This document shows positions 1-14,233 of a DNA stretch of 64,000 nucleotides, piece after piece. The position numbers and the translations under genes are program-made. The stretch is from NCBI RefSeq assembly GCF_009914755.1, contig NC_060926.1. One strand, 5' to 3'. Under the pieces are notes generated by a model that was not told where the DNA came from, searched no databases, and was given only the letters and a program-made list of their open reading frames with translations. The stretch comes from the human T2T-CHM13v2.0 reference genome, Homo sapiens. Positions within the stretch are counted from its first letter, which is position 1, and each line of letters starts with the position of its first letter.

Positions 1-1668
1 CCTGTTCTGCTAAAAATATTTTTTTTTTATTTTTACAAAACCCATCTTTTTTTTATTTCATAACAAAAATTTAAAGTACGTCTGTACTTCCTGCATAACA
101 TCAAGACATGGAAGGAAGAGATGCTACTAAATGGAACTCAAGTCAACATCAGAAAACACAACACGTCGTCAAAGGACTACTCAGAAGGGGGAACACAGCG
201 CTCAAAAGTGGTCTTATGCATACATATAGTGCAGTCATTGGGAGTAAAACAATCAAATCTGGAAGGTATAAACAAGTCTAAGATGATCTAGTTTAAAGCA
301 AAAAAGTGCTGAAGTATATTTAGTTACTTTTAAAATCTGATTGCATTCATTCTTAGAATAGTCACAAGAAATCAAACAATGAGGCTCTGCAAATGCTCTA
401 TGGTCAACTGGTCTCCACCCAAGTGTAGAACAGAAACGTCGTGGTAAGAGTCCTCTGAATAGGACCAAATGCTGATTCAGAGTCAAAGTCGGGCGGGGGG
501 AGCAGGAGGGAAACTTTACCGAGCTGCCTTCCCACCAGATCCAGCAGAAAACTCGGTCCAGTAACTAGAAGACTCACAAATCATTTGCCTTTATCCCTCA
601 AATGTAAAATAAGAAGGTTCATAACAATAATAGGAATAATCATAATTTTTTAAAGTGAAAAGGGGAAATAAATGTTCTTAAATTATCTTTTAGCTTAAAT
701 CGAAAACACACAAATTCTGTTGATAAACTACATTGCAATAACAGACAGTTCAGAGGGGCACGAAACTCTAGGGGAGATACGAGAAGGTTGTTCCAAAGTT
801 TATTGAAAATGGAAAAGGAAATCTTCACGTTGTCCACCTCTGATAAGATCCTGTCTTAACTGGAGTTTCCATAGTCACAACCATGTAACGCTTAGGAGTT
901 AATTTAAAAGTGCTGTTTAAGCTGCTTTGAATCTTCTGCCAAGTTTCCATGGCTTGATGTTGTCTTACAATAAATTACTTATTTCATTTCTTACAGTTAA
1001 TCCATATGCCATTTCCTTGGAATGCAAAAAACCTCATTTATTGCCCCCACCATACACCATCCTCCTAAAACAAACAAACAAAAAAGTCACATAATATTTC
1101 CAAGCATTGTTCAAAAATAAAGCATTTTTGCAACGAATTCTTGCTATGAAACAATATGCACACAAAATGTATTTCTTAAATTCCATAAAGTCCTCCAACA
1201 TGAGGCAAAATGATAACGTCTAAAAAGCGGCTGCTCAGCCACAACATGATCATTCAAAGCTGTGGGTCTGTGTGTGCGTGTGTGTGTTTGTGTGTCCATT
1301 TCAGTTCAAAATACTAAAACATTTAATCACTAAAGCATTAAAAAGAATTTACACTCTATTTATTTTGATCAGCTTACCTCTTCAGAAATAGATATACCCC
1401 CAAATGTGCATACATCAGCAGCTATAAACATTACATGGCAGAACACTATGTCAGCTTACATGGAAACGTACAAAATGTGGGTGTATTCAAAAACTATTCT
1501 GCAGGTACTATCTTTAAAGCAAGACATAAAATCATTATGAAGTCTTGTAAGCATAACACTGTTTCAAATTCAAACAGAAATAAATATAGAACACTTTCTG
1601 GTAAGTTACAGCAGCAAAAAACAAGAGGCATCCTTTTTAAGCAAGAGTTTCATCACTACAGCAGCTGT
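1..1668 (-). other. MYT1L: MYT1L 3' UTR (may continue past the left edge)
   Basis: AT-rich sequence after the stop codon with no recognisable interspersed repeat. AAUAAA on the minus strand at 1364-1359, 1042-1037, 57-52 and 31-26. Confidence 0.85.
1269..1296. repeat. Imperfect (TG)n microsatellite; (CA)n in the mRNA 3' UTR
   Basis: tgtgtgtgcgtgtgtgtgtttgtgtgt. Confidence 0.8.
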
Positions 1669-1809
<141 letters not shown>

Positions 1810-2113
1810 CTACGAGATATTAAATAGTAGTTCATATACAACTTTTATTTTCTTAATAGTATATTTACAAAAGCATAAAATAGTATCATAGCATAGTGCC
1901 CCTGGTTTTATACTATTTCAAAGGCCGGCTCAGAGCACACTTAAGTTTCTGGGGTCAGCCCCGCCCATGTTTCTAGCAGTTAATGGTATGGTTTCGGGGT
2001 GGTAACCACAAACATTTGCCAAAGGCTGAAGAACCATGAAAATAACGATAAAAACGGCATCTACTTTAGGCTGTGCGCTGTGGAGGACTCCACATTCCTG
2101 CCTTGCGTGCTCA

Positions 2114-2752
<639 letters not shown>

Positions 2753-5700
2753 CTATGCTTTGGATTCATTGCACTTGACAACTGGGGAGCTGAGACTGTT
2801 TCCCTGCGCGATCCTGTTCTCTCAGCCGGCCTGATGGGACTGCAGTGTGTAGGGGGCTTGATGCGAATACTTCTCCTTTCTAGCCTGAATAAAATTCTGC
2901 CACAGCTAAGTCCTCCAATGCTCATTTCTGTGTGGAGGTGTCACTGTGTCTTCAGATGGCACCAGGCTGGCACTGTGCCCACAGGGTGGTCTTCCTGCAT
3001 TTCTCTAAGGAAAAAGGCCCACCACGGACCCTTCCTCGCATATTCCAGAGATAATTTAAGTATCACCAAGGTCAAGGGGCTTGAGTTCAGGGCCTCTGCC
3101 TATAACCGCACAGGACTAGCTTCACACGCAGCAGGCGGGGAGCTGCCCTGCCCATGGGGGTGTCTGCCTTGGGCACCCAAGGGTGCCTCTGCCGTGCATG
3201 ATCTGGGGCTTCTTCCTGGAAGACCGGGCCGACCCGCAGAGTCCAGGGCTGGCTTGCCTGGCCTGCCCGCTCCTCTCCTTCCCTGACGTGTCATTCCTAA
3301 GTCCTCTCACGAGAGTCTCTCCTCCTCTCCCTGTCGGCCCTGCCTTCTCCTATGTTCTGGCCCTCCCTTGGCTGTACTGGGTCAAATCCCGGGTTCTCCC
3401 AGTCACCAGCCTCAGGCCCAGACCCTCTGTTAGAAAACTGAAGCACCTCAGAGGCGCCCTCCAGGATGAAGTGGGGAGGGCCGGCCTTCTCCTTGGAAGG
3501 AATCGCAGCCCCCACCATTCCTGCAGGGACGGTCCCCTGTGGAGAACACACTGAAATCACACAGATTTATTTCCATGCACGTCCTGGGTGACCTTCTCAT
3601 TCGTGTTCTTTGGGGTTATTTATCAAATTAATGTTCCCCTCCCAGCCGCCCCCTTGCAGGCTCAGGAGTGGATGCCTGCCCTCCCACGACTCCTGGGTGG
3701 GCCTCGAAGGGCTGCGTGCCCGGTGCTTGTCTTCCAGAGCGTTCTGTAGCCCTTCCTGGGTGGCCACGTGCCTGCACTCACAGCTGGTGGCAGCTGTGGC
3801 TGGGACCTTACTAGAGATGATGTCAGTGTAAGCAGACGTAGGTTTTCTATGACGGAATCTAATCTAGAATGAGGCGTCATGGCCCAGGTCCCGAGGTTTT
3901 TAAAAAGGTACACGCAGGGGGAAGGCCAGCAGCAGGATGGGCACCTCTGCAGTTTCCCTGAGCAGAGGGCGGCTCCTGCCCTTTGCATCTGGTGGCTTTC
4001 CTAGACGGTGGCTGCTACAGGCCCCTCGGCCCCTCCTGTCTGTGCTCAGGGAACCCTGCAGAGGCCTCGCCATCGCTGGCCCTCAGCGGGCCCTCCTGGA
4101 TGAGCCCAGCCCAGCTCGCCTCTGGTTGAGCATCTCAGAGGTGCTTCTGGCTATTCCACTATCCTAGCCAGGCAAAGTGTGGGCTCTTTTTCTGGAAAAT
4201 GGGAATAATGCTCCTTGCATTATGAACTCACACTGAGCTGTGCAGTGTGTCTGCAGTGAGAAGACATTTGTTATTCCTGGGGCCTGTGATCTGGTCTTAG
4301 GGGCCCAGAGTAAACGGAAGTCCAACTGCTCCCCCGGCTTAGCGGAGAAGCAGCCTGTGGGGTGACCAAGGCAGGGGCGGCACCCTGTCTCATTGTCCCC
4401 AGCAAAATTCTTGGGGACACATTTTAGATCCATTCCTCCTTCAACTTATGTTCTCTGCTGGAAAGTCTAGCCCCTTCTGCAGAGGCAGAGATATCTTCCT
4501 ATGTTCAGGAATCTCTGTGAGACTCAGGAGTTAGGCTGTTCCTTCCCGTGCTACCCGGGTCTGTGGCTGGGATGGGGGTGGCGGGGCTCCCATGCTTATA
4601 AATGCTTTGCTTTTCTCAAAATGGAACAAATCTCATTGTGTTAAATCTGCTTAGCTGTGGAACAAAATATGCAGTTTGAACAAACATCCCATCAAAGCCC
4701 TGGCCAAAATGATAATCTCCTGAACCAGGCTGCTTGGTGAGCCCCGTCCAGGGTCAGAGAGAATGTCTGGAGACCCAAAACCAGAACCGACGGGTATCTG
4801 CCAGGTCTTGCAGCCTCACCTCCCTCAAGTGCATCCCCCGTGGCCCCTGAATCTCCTGCATCTCCAGCCCACACACGAAGGGCCCCGGGCTTCTTGCACG
4901 TGGACACACGTTTGCTTCCCTGAGCCTTCCTCCAGGGTGGCAAGAAGCTGAGTGTCTCAGGGTCACTGCTGCCCGTTCCTTACTATCCTAGCCAGACAAA
5001 CTGTGGGCTCTTTTTCTGGAAAATGGGAGTAATGCTCCTTGCCCACAACATCAACTCACACTGAGATGTGAGGCATGTTTGCAGTGAGAAGACATTTGTT
5101 ATTCCTGGGGCCTCTGACCCAGCCTTAGGGGCCCAGAGTAAAGGGGAGCCCTCTCAGAACGTCTTGGAGCTGGCCAGCACGCTGCGGCGGTCATGGGAGA
5201 CAGCACTGCTGAGAAAGGTGATGTAGGGGCTCCGCCCAGGCCCTCATACGCCAGGCCTCCTCCGAGGATGGGGCTGAGCAGGCTGGGGAGGGGCACAGAG
5301 GCCGGTGTCTCCCTTCCAAACCCAACCCACAGCAGCCACAGTACATGGTTCCTGGCACTCAGAAGGCATCCCTGATCACAGGTGCTTACGCAGGGAGGGG
5401 CCTGTGTCGCGAGTGGGTGTGGGGGCCTGGCTGGGAGCTGGGCCGGCCACCTCGGCCGTCATCAATGATGTGCGCTGGCGGACCTGAGTCTGCATTTCCA
5501 GAAACATCGAGTTGCCTGTGGTAAAGCAGGGAGCCCTCTGACGAAGGTGGGTTCTGTTTTTGATTGTTTAAGAAACATCAAAGGTTTTTCAGGCTGCTAG
5601 GAAGCAGTGCATTCCCGGATCTTCCCAAGAAAGTTCCTGCATCAGCAGCAGCCTGATGGCCAGTCTAGGCCCAAACCCGCATTTTTACAGACTTGTCCAC

Positions 5701-5754
5701 ACCCTCTGTCTTTCCAGACCTCAGCGTTTCTTAGATTGCGCAGTCTCTGACCAC

Positions 5755-6052
5755 ACCTGGAGTAGAGAAAGGTCAAATCTAGCCTGGGGCCTGACATTGA
5801 AAGCTAAGACTAAGCTAAGAATGGCGTTTGCATTTTTTAGTGGTAAGAAAAAAAACAAAAACAAAAGAATAACAGCATTTTGTAACATATAAGAGCTATT
5901 AAATTCCGACTGCAGCACCACGTGACGCTGTGTTGAAACAGGGTCACACTCACACGTGTTTTGAGGCTGTCACACTGCAACACAGCTGCGTGGTCCAGAA
6001 GCCTAAAATATTTGCCATCTGGTCCTTTATAGAAAATGTTTGCCAATCCCTG
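5755..6052 (+). mobile_element. MER58-like hAT-Charlie DNA transposon relic
   Basis: Ends in ATATTTGCCATCTGGTCCTTTATAGAAAATGTTTGCCAATCCCTG followed by GTCTAGAC, a hAT-type target. Left end approximate. Confidence 0.7.
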
Positions 6053-7070
6053 GTCTAGACTAAGTACCTTGATGGCGTGATGTGTTTAGAAAACATTTCC
6101 GGAAGAAGTGTAAAATGGGTGGGAATCCCAAGGCGTTAGCAGTGGGGTGGTGGAAGGGTGTAACCCCAAGGAAAGTGTCCTCGTGCAGGGAGGACTGCCT
6201 CCTGCCCATGCCCGTGCTGACCAGGGAGGCTGGATCACAGAGAGGCTTAGCCCCAGGGAGAACAGCCATCTTCTGAAAGTGGTGCAGGCTGTGGGATTAA
6301 CTGACCTGCCAATCTTAGAAGTCAAGCTGCACAGGGCTGTTCACTCTGGTCCATCTGGGCCCTCGCACCAGGAGCTGGGGGGTTTCTTGTGAATAGCCTG
6401 TCCTGAAAACACGAGCTCCCTTTTATACTCAAATACCCCCATCCCCACCTCCCTGACAAATGCCTGCTGTTTGGGCCACGGGGGGCAGCATCCCAGCCTC
6501 CCAGCCGGCTCCGAGCCATCCTCCTTCTGCTCCTGCTGTTTCCTGTGCCTGGAGTGCTCCTTTCCCTCCTCCACCTCCCGTGTCTGCAGGACTCCCGCCG
6601 TCTCTCCTCGGGCTCCTTGCTCCAGGCCCCCACGGTGGGGTCTCGAACTCCGGCTCTCAGCACTCATGTGGTTCACACAAATGCCGCTTGCCCAGGCCGT
6701 GCCCTGCACTTGAGTCCCCTGCTCTCTCCTCCTCAGCGGCAGTTTTGTTTTTTTCCGGATTCTGATAACAAGCAACTTCTGGGTGTCCCCTGGGGCCGAG
6801 GGCAAGCTTTTCTTGTCTCTGCTCCGGGCTCTGGTGTGAACTGAGTTGAATCGGATGAGATGCGTCTGGGGAATCGTGGAGTCCAGAACCAAGGCTTGGG
6901 TGTGTCCAGCTTGGGTGCTTCAGCCCTTGAAGCTGAGGCCACACTGAATCCAGTTGAATGGGGTTGGGGAAACGCAGACCCCACAGGCACCTCGGCCGTT
7001 CTGCTGGTGCTGGGCCACCCCCAGAGGAAGCCTGCATTAGAGACTGGGAAGGGACCGGTGTCCGGACTTC

Positions 7071-7331
7071 TTTTTTTTTCTTTTCCCGCCCATGGCGCGA
7101 TCTTGGCTCTCTGCAAGCTCCACCTCCTGGGTTCACGCCATTCTCCTGCCTCAGCCTCCCGAGTACCTGGGACTACAGGCGCCCGCCACCACGCTAGGCT
7201 TTTTTGTATTTTTAGTAGAGACGGGGTTTCACCGTGTTAGCCAGGATGGTCTCGATTTCCTGACCTCGTGATCTGCCCGCCTCGGCCTCCCAAAGTGCTG
7301 GGATTACAGGCGTGAGCCACTGTGCCCGGCC
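7071..7331 (-). mobile_element. AluY with the 3' end of the right arm deleted
   Basis: AluY diagnostics GCAAGCTCC..GGGTTCACGCCATT and TTAGCCAGGATGGTCTCGAT. TSD core CCGGACTTC on both sides. Confidence 0.92.
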
Positions 7332-7654
7332 AGGGGCCCGGACTTCTGATTGCGTTTGTGTGAGGTGAAGACCCCGACGCAGACTCTTCTTTTCAAGCTG
7401 CCAAGCATAAGAATGGATTTTTCAGCCACATAGGAATTGTGTTGGTCGCACTAATTGGACCTCAAATAGCATTTAAACACATTCCAAATTGGAAACCTCA
7501 TCTTCTCAATTAAATAAAATTGCGTTTGTCCTAATTTGAATTCTTACAACTGAACAGTGAAAAATACCTTTCCAAGTTTTAGTAAGAACACTCCTGGGCT
7601 TGAGAGGTAACAAGCAACCCCTTCCGCAGAGAGTGGCAGGAGAGGCCTTTCCTG

Positions 7655-8107
7655 CATCCGGCACAGGCGCGGCGGTCTCCCCCCATCCGGCACAGGCGCG
7701 GCGGTCTCCCCCTTCTCCGGCACAGGCGCGGCGGTCTCCCCCTTCTCCGGCACAGGCGCGGCGGTCTCCCCCTTCTCCGGCACAGGCGCGGCGGTCTCCC
7801 CCCATCCGGCACAGGCGCGGCGGTCTCCCCCCATCCGGCACAGGCGCGGCGGTCTCCCCCTTCTCCGGCACAGGCGCGGCGGTCTCCCTCCATCCGGCAC
7901 AGGCGCGGCGGTCTCCCTCTTCTCCGGCACAGGCGCGGCGGTCTCCCTCCATCCGGCACAGGCGCGGCGGTCTCCCTCCATCCGGCACAGGCGCGGCGGT
8001 CTCCCTCTTCTCCGGCACAGGCGCGGCGGTCTCCCTCCATCCGGCACAGGCGCGGCGGTCTCCCTCCATCCGGCACAGGCGTGGCGGTCTTCCCCATCCG
8101 GCACAGG
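7655..8107. repeat. CpG-rich minisatellite, 29-30-bp unit CCGGCACAGGCGCGGCGGTCTCCC(C/T)C(CAT/TTCT), about 15.5 copies
   Basis: 16 occurrences of CCGGCACAGG counted directly. Confidence 0.97.
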
Positions 8108-9534
8108 TGTGAAATTTAAAGGCTTGGACGGAGTTTCCTTTTTCCTTCTCTTGGATTTGTTCTTTATCAGATTTAAATCTGGACCTCTCCCTGTGCAGGA
8201 CCCTCATCACCGGGCTGTAGGCCTGAGCACTGACCCTACCGTTCTTTCCTCCGCTCCCATTCCAGAGAGAACATCAGGCCGTGGGCACCCACTTCTCAGT
8301 TATCTCATGGCTTGGGCTTGGGACAGGCCTGCAGCCCTGTGTCATCTCTGGCTTGGGCTCTGTGCACAGGTCTGCATCCTCGTGTCAGTGTGTCTTGAAC
8401 ATGTCATGACGCACTGGGAGAAGTCTGCCTTTCTCTTGGGTCAGAGTGGACAAGAAAACACGGGGTCTGGGCCAGTTCCCCTTCCTGGCCATGCTCCCTG
8501 AGGGTGTGCGGGCCTGAGAGGCACGGGAAAGTCAGGACCTTCTAAAGGAAAATGCAAGGGGCATGAAGGCTGCTGCAGGAAGGCCGAGGCCATCAGGCAG
8601 GGCCGCTTTATGCCCTGGAGAGCTGGCCTGCCCCACGTTCCTCCTCCATACTCCCCGGGCAGTGGCCGAGGCACAGGCAGCAAGGAGGGCTCCTGGCTGT
8701 GGGCGCACATTGTTTTCTGGTAAGTTTTGCTCCAGATCTAACCTGTTTAAAGAACATCAGGCTCTAAGCTGCCTGAGTCAGCAGCTGCCTGTCTCTGAGC
8801 TCAGGCCTGGTGCTCACAGAACAACTTCTGGGCTGGAGCTCATCATCCGACCCTGAGAGCTGCAGAGCTGGGGGACTCCGGCTCAGCGCATTCCCATCCC
8901 TTCTAGAATAGAGGAAGGTCCATCCCTGGGCACATCTGGGAAGTCACCTCTCTCATCAGCCGAGTCAGTGAGAATAAATGTGAACTCTTCACATTCATTT
9001 TTGACATCAGGTCCAAATAGATGCTGTTAGGAGCAACTACTCATCTCAGAGATAAAGGCACAAAGGAGCCAGTGAGAACAGACACAGACCTGAGTGTTTC
9101 CTGAGGGGGAGGCCACGCCCGTGCAGGTGCAGAGCGTGCCTGGGGTTCCTACTCTAAGCAGCCTGCGTAGGCACATGCGTTGTTCTTTAGGGCTCAGATC
9201 CAGGCGGCATGACCTCTAAGCCTACTCAGCCCTCGGCTGAGCCCCAGCCCCAGTACTTCATCCACAGCTGGCATCAGAGCTGCCGTCTATCCCTCATGGA
9301 CAGCCACGGAGCAGCAGGCCTTCACTGCAGAAGGAGGGGTTTTGGAAAGTGGGAAGAACCCCCTTCCTGAATGGCATCCTATTGGAATTGGGTTGCCCCA
9401 GTAGACCATGGACTCAACACCCTGGACAGACAAGGGCATTCTGCCTCATCAGAGAGTGCCCCAAAAGGTGCCATTCAAAGGAGGAAATAAATTAAGATTT
9501 TCAGGCTTGTCACCCTCATAAACAGAATACAACT

Positions 9535-9907
9535 TGATATGGTTTGGCTCTGTGTCCCCACCCAAATCTCACCTCGAATTATAATCCCTATAATTCCCAC
9601 CTGTGAAGGGCAGGACCAGGTGGAGGTAATTAAATCATGGGGGCGTTCCCCCATGCTGTCCTCATGATAGTGAGTGAGTCTCACAAGATCTGATGGTTTT
9701 ATGAGTGTCTGGCATTTCCTCTGCTTGCACTTCTCCTTCCTGCCACCTTGTGAAGAAGGTGCCTTGCTTCCTCTTTACCTTCTGCCATGATTGTAAATTT
9801 CCTGAGGCCTCCCCAGCCATGTGGAACTGTGAGTCCATTAAACGCATTTCCTTTATAAACTACCCAGTCTCAAGTATTTATTAGCAGTGTGAGAACGGAG
9901 TAATACT
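9535..9907 (+). mobile_element. THE1 (THE1D-like) MaLR solo LTR
   Basis: TGATATGGTTTGGCTCTGTGTCCCCACCCAAATCTCA...GCAGTGTGAGAACGGAGTAATAC, about 370 bp. Confidence 0.9.
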
Positions 9908-11429
9908 CAAGGGTGAATTTTTGATCTGTCCCAATTAAACAATCTTTGCTGACTTGGTCACCTCCTACTCTCTCCCAGAAACAGCAGCTCCTGAGTGCTC
10001 TGGCAGCCATGGAGTCTCCTATACAGTCCAAGATGCTGCCTCCATGGCCTCGGCTGGTCCCGGGGGTGAGGAATGCCACAGGCTGTTACTCCATTCCCCA
10101 AGCCTAACGTTCAGGTAAGTCTTAAGGGAAATTCCAACCTGTGTTGGGTGAGCCCCAGCCAGGCCAATGCGAGACTCTGGGAAGACCTGAACACAGCCCC
10201 TGGGGCTACCAGGTCTGTGAGATCAAGGCAGTGATGCCCTCTGGGGAAGTAGGTTGGCATCAAAACACCCAGGCAGCAGCCACATGGCCTGGTGGGGAGT
10301 TCCCACCCTTGGCCTCATCCTTGGTACTCACGGGGGGCCTGGAAATCCCTTTCGGTTGCTTGGTGGGGCCCCAGCCCCAGAGGATGTCTCCATCCTTGGG
10401 AAAACTGTGTCCAGTGGGTAGAAACCACCTGTTGAGCAGAGCCGTTGACCACACCCGGCTGACTATGGGAAAGGCCCTCAACCTTCCCCAGCCTCAACCT
10501 CTGCATTTACAGAGCGGGGATAATAAGGGAGCCCTCGGAGTGTGTTAGGAGGAGAGCATCATCACGTAGATGGCTGGCGGTGACACCATCCTCATCTCCA
10601 TCCAGTTCTCGGGGCTCATTCCCAGCAAACCGAGCAACCTTCATGGAGGCTGGTCAGCATCCCCCGAGAACCTCATCACACCGTGGCCTGCTGGGGAGGG
10701 GCCAGAATGGAGACCTCATTTCTAAGAGGAAGGGACACCTCTGCTCACCCTGTGGGCAATGTGAGGGTCGGGTGGTCAGCAAATAAATTCCACTCCCAGA
10801 GTGTACTTCGGCGGGACCCTAACACAGCAAGGTGGGGGATGCCAGGCACAAGGCTCATGGTCAGACAGGGTCCAGCCTGGCCTCTGTGGCTTCGGCTTGG
10901 CTGAGGAAGCTGCCTCTCCATCTTAGAAGCTGTATGTTTAAGATGAGGCTGAGGACGTTTACCCTGTGGGCTGCTTGTGGGCATGGAGGGGGTTAGGTGA
11001 CCACAGCTGCTCTGCCAGCTGCCACTGCTCTCTCTCCATCCCCAGGCTCTGCAGCTGCAAGTCACTGGGGCCACTTCCCCAAATCCCAGACACCCAGGAG
11101 TCCTATGTGGCAGGCACTCCTTGTTTTAAATTCTGGGAACATCGGCTGTCGCCATACATTTAATATAGTGATTAAATAACAGGAGGACCTGAAGTATCTT
11201 GGAAGGAAAACCTTCATTGTTTGCAGGAACAGGCGATCCTCTGAAAATGCCTATTCACAAATGCACTTTATTAAAAAACACAAACACACATGCAGACTGA
11301 AAACGAGAGAACCACGGCCCCTGCTACAGCGAACACTGCCACGGAATGGTGTCTGCGGAAGACCAATATCATAAGGTGGAAAAATAAAGGAAATAAAAGA
11401 GCAAATAAGAGGAAACGACAGCTCTCCTA

Positions 11430-11780
<351 letters not shown>

Positions 11781-13908
11781 CTACCACCGCCCCTTCCCCA
11801 CCTAAGTTCCCCTACAAAAAGGAACAAACAATTGAGACGCACAGAAGACTCCCAGGCACTTTGAGGGTCGAGCTCCCAGGGACAGTTAACCTGGGTCTTA
11901 GATGTATCGAGGCAGAAACCACCTGGTCCTGAGTGCCGATTTGCTGAGCCTGGCCTGTTTTCTCCTGCTTTTGTTCTCTCTCTCGACTCGCTGTCTGCAT
12001 CAGTCATTCTGCAAACACCCCAGGCTTGGAGCCAGGCTCTGCAGGTACGTTCACCAACAAGGCCAGGTCCTCCCGCCCTCACTCAGGTCAGGTTCTGGGT
12101 CGGAAAATGGGCAACAGACGTGTAACGACAAATGCCGTCCAGCAAACGCTGAGGATGACCTCACCTTACCCACCGACAGGAAGCTGTGGGAAGTGGGAGA
12201 GGGACATGGGGGCTGGCCGGAGGGAGATGGCCACAAAAGGGCTCTCTGAATATTCGACATTTAGCAAATAAAAAATCTCATTCTGAATGATTAAAAAGTA
12301 TGCACTAACTAACAGAATTCCCAATTTGTAAACTCTGCCAGAATGATGACCTCGGCCAGGTGTGTACCTGACCATCTGAGTGTCCCTGGTGGGTGACTGC
12401 TGCCCTGCCGAGGTCCCTGGGGCACCTGGATCAGTCCTGGCATAGCTGGGCACAGGGCCCAGATGCCCATATTTACAAAGGCCATTCTGGACACTTGCTT
12501 CCCTGGCCGGCTGTGTCTGGTTACTGGCAACATTACACTGCCAACGCCAAAGAGAAGGAGATTCCTCTCTATTTGTGACCACTTGACCTCACACAATTGG
12601 GTGTACACAGAAGGAGAGCAGGAGTTTGGCAAACACAATCACCCTAGAAAATTCAGGATTTGAGATTGCTGTTCTCATTGGCCACACAGCACCACAATGG
12701 ATCTTTACTCAAAACTAATGGAAAATGTATCCAGGCCTCCTAGGACTCCCAGTGGGTAGATGCTGTTTTCAAGCTTTGCAGACAGAAGGGCAGAAGGGGT
12801 ACAATCAACCAGAGGCCGAGGCCTGAGAGCACCCCAAAAACCCTGCTGACATCAGCAGAACAGAGGTGGAGGCTCCTCTCTACCAAGACGTTAGAAAGAT
12901 GAGAGTAAGAGAAAGTGATGGATCAGTGGGATTGGGCCTTAGATGCGGCTTTTAGTGAAACGAAAAAAAAGTTATACCCTCAAGATAAAAATACCCAATG
13001 CAAAAAATCCCAATTCATAAAGCAACTAAATTATGAACGAACGTATCATTTCAGAAGCATTCCCCACAAGCTTCTGTTAAACTGCAAGCATCCAAATGCC
13101 TTTAGAACACCTCCATGTGAAGGAGGCCCTCAGAACACTGGACGTGGTGAAGCTTCGACCCTCTACAGCTGTCACAGGCAAATTTCTCAAGCACATTCCT
13201 AGGAATCCCATCTCGCAGAGGCCTTTCAAAAACCTTGGACTGGGATGCTTAGTTTGAAGAATTCATGATAAATGTCAAACTAACTGGCCTATCAGGCTTT
13301 GTTATCTAATTGATCTGCCAGATCAGGTCAACTGTTCTGACAGAAGTCAGTGTCATTTTAAATCCAAATAAAAGTCTTGATACGGGTCCCATGACAACCT
13401 TTCATCTCTAATTTTGTTCTGGGAGTGATGGATGGGTGGATATTACTTCCATAGCTCTGCTCTGTCCTGGGGGACCACCCTCAGGCCCAAGTGGTCACCA
13501 ACAGCCCTTTGTGGGAGCCTGGGAACGTCTCAGTCCTGGGGCTGCCCACTGCGGCTCTGTGCAGCATGCCATTCCTTTGTAAGGGGGAGGAGGGAGACAG
13601 GGAAACGGTGCCAGGAAGAACCGGCAGGTCACAGAGCATTCCCGGCCCATGAGATTCTGTAGGACGAGGGTATGTGGAAGAGGAGGGCCTGCAAACTGAT
13701 TCTGTAGAGCTGTCCACAGCCACATTCCTGGGACATCCTGCGAGCCCCCAGGCACGTGCGCCTCGGCGTGAAGCCCCCTCAGGGAGAGGAGAGCTCTGGG
13801 TTGGGTGGGAATTCTCCTTATCCCTGCAGCAGGGCAGTGACTGGCCCAGGAAGCAGTCCCTGGGGTTGCTGGGGCCTCTGAGCTGAGCCTCACTTTGTGG
13901 ATGGTTAG

Positions 13909-14233
<325 letters not shown>

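Noticed and set aside
7506-8210. 170-234-aa Arg/Pro/Gly-rich ORFs
   Set aside because: Translations of the GC-rich minisatellite.
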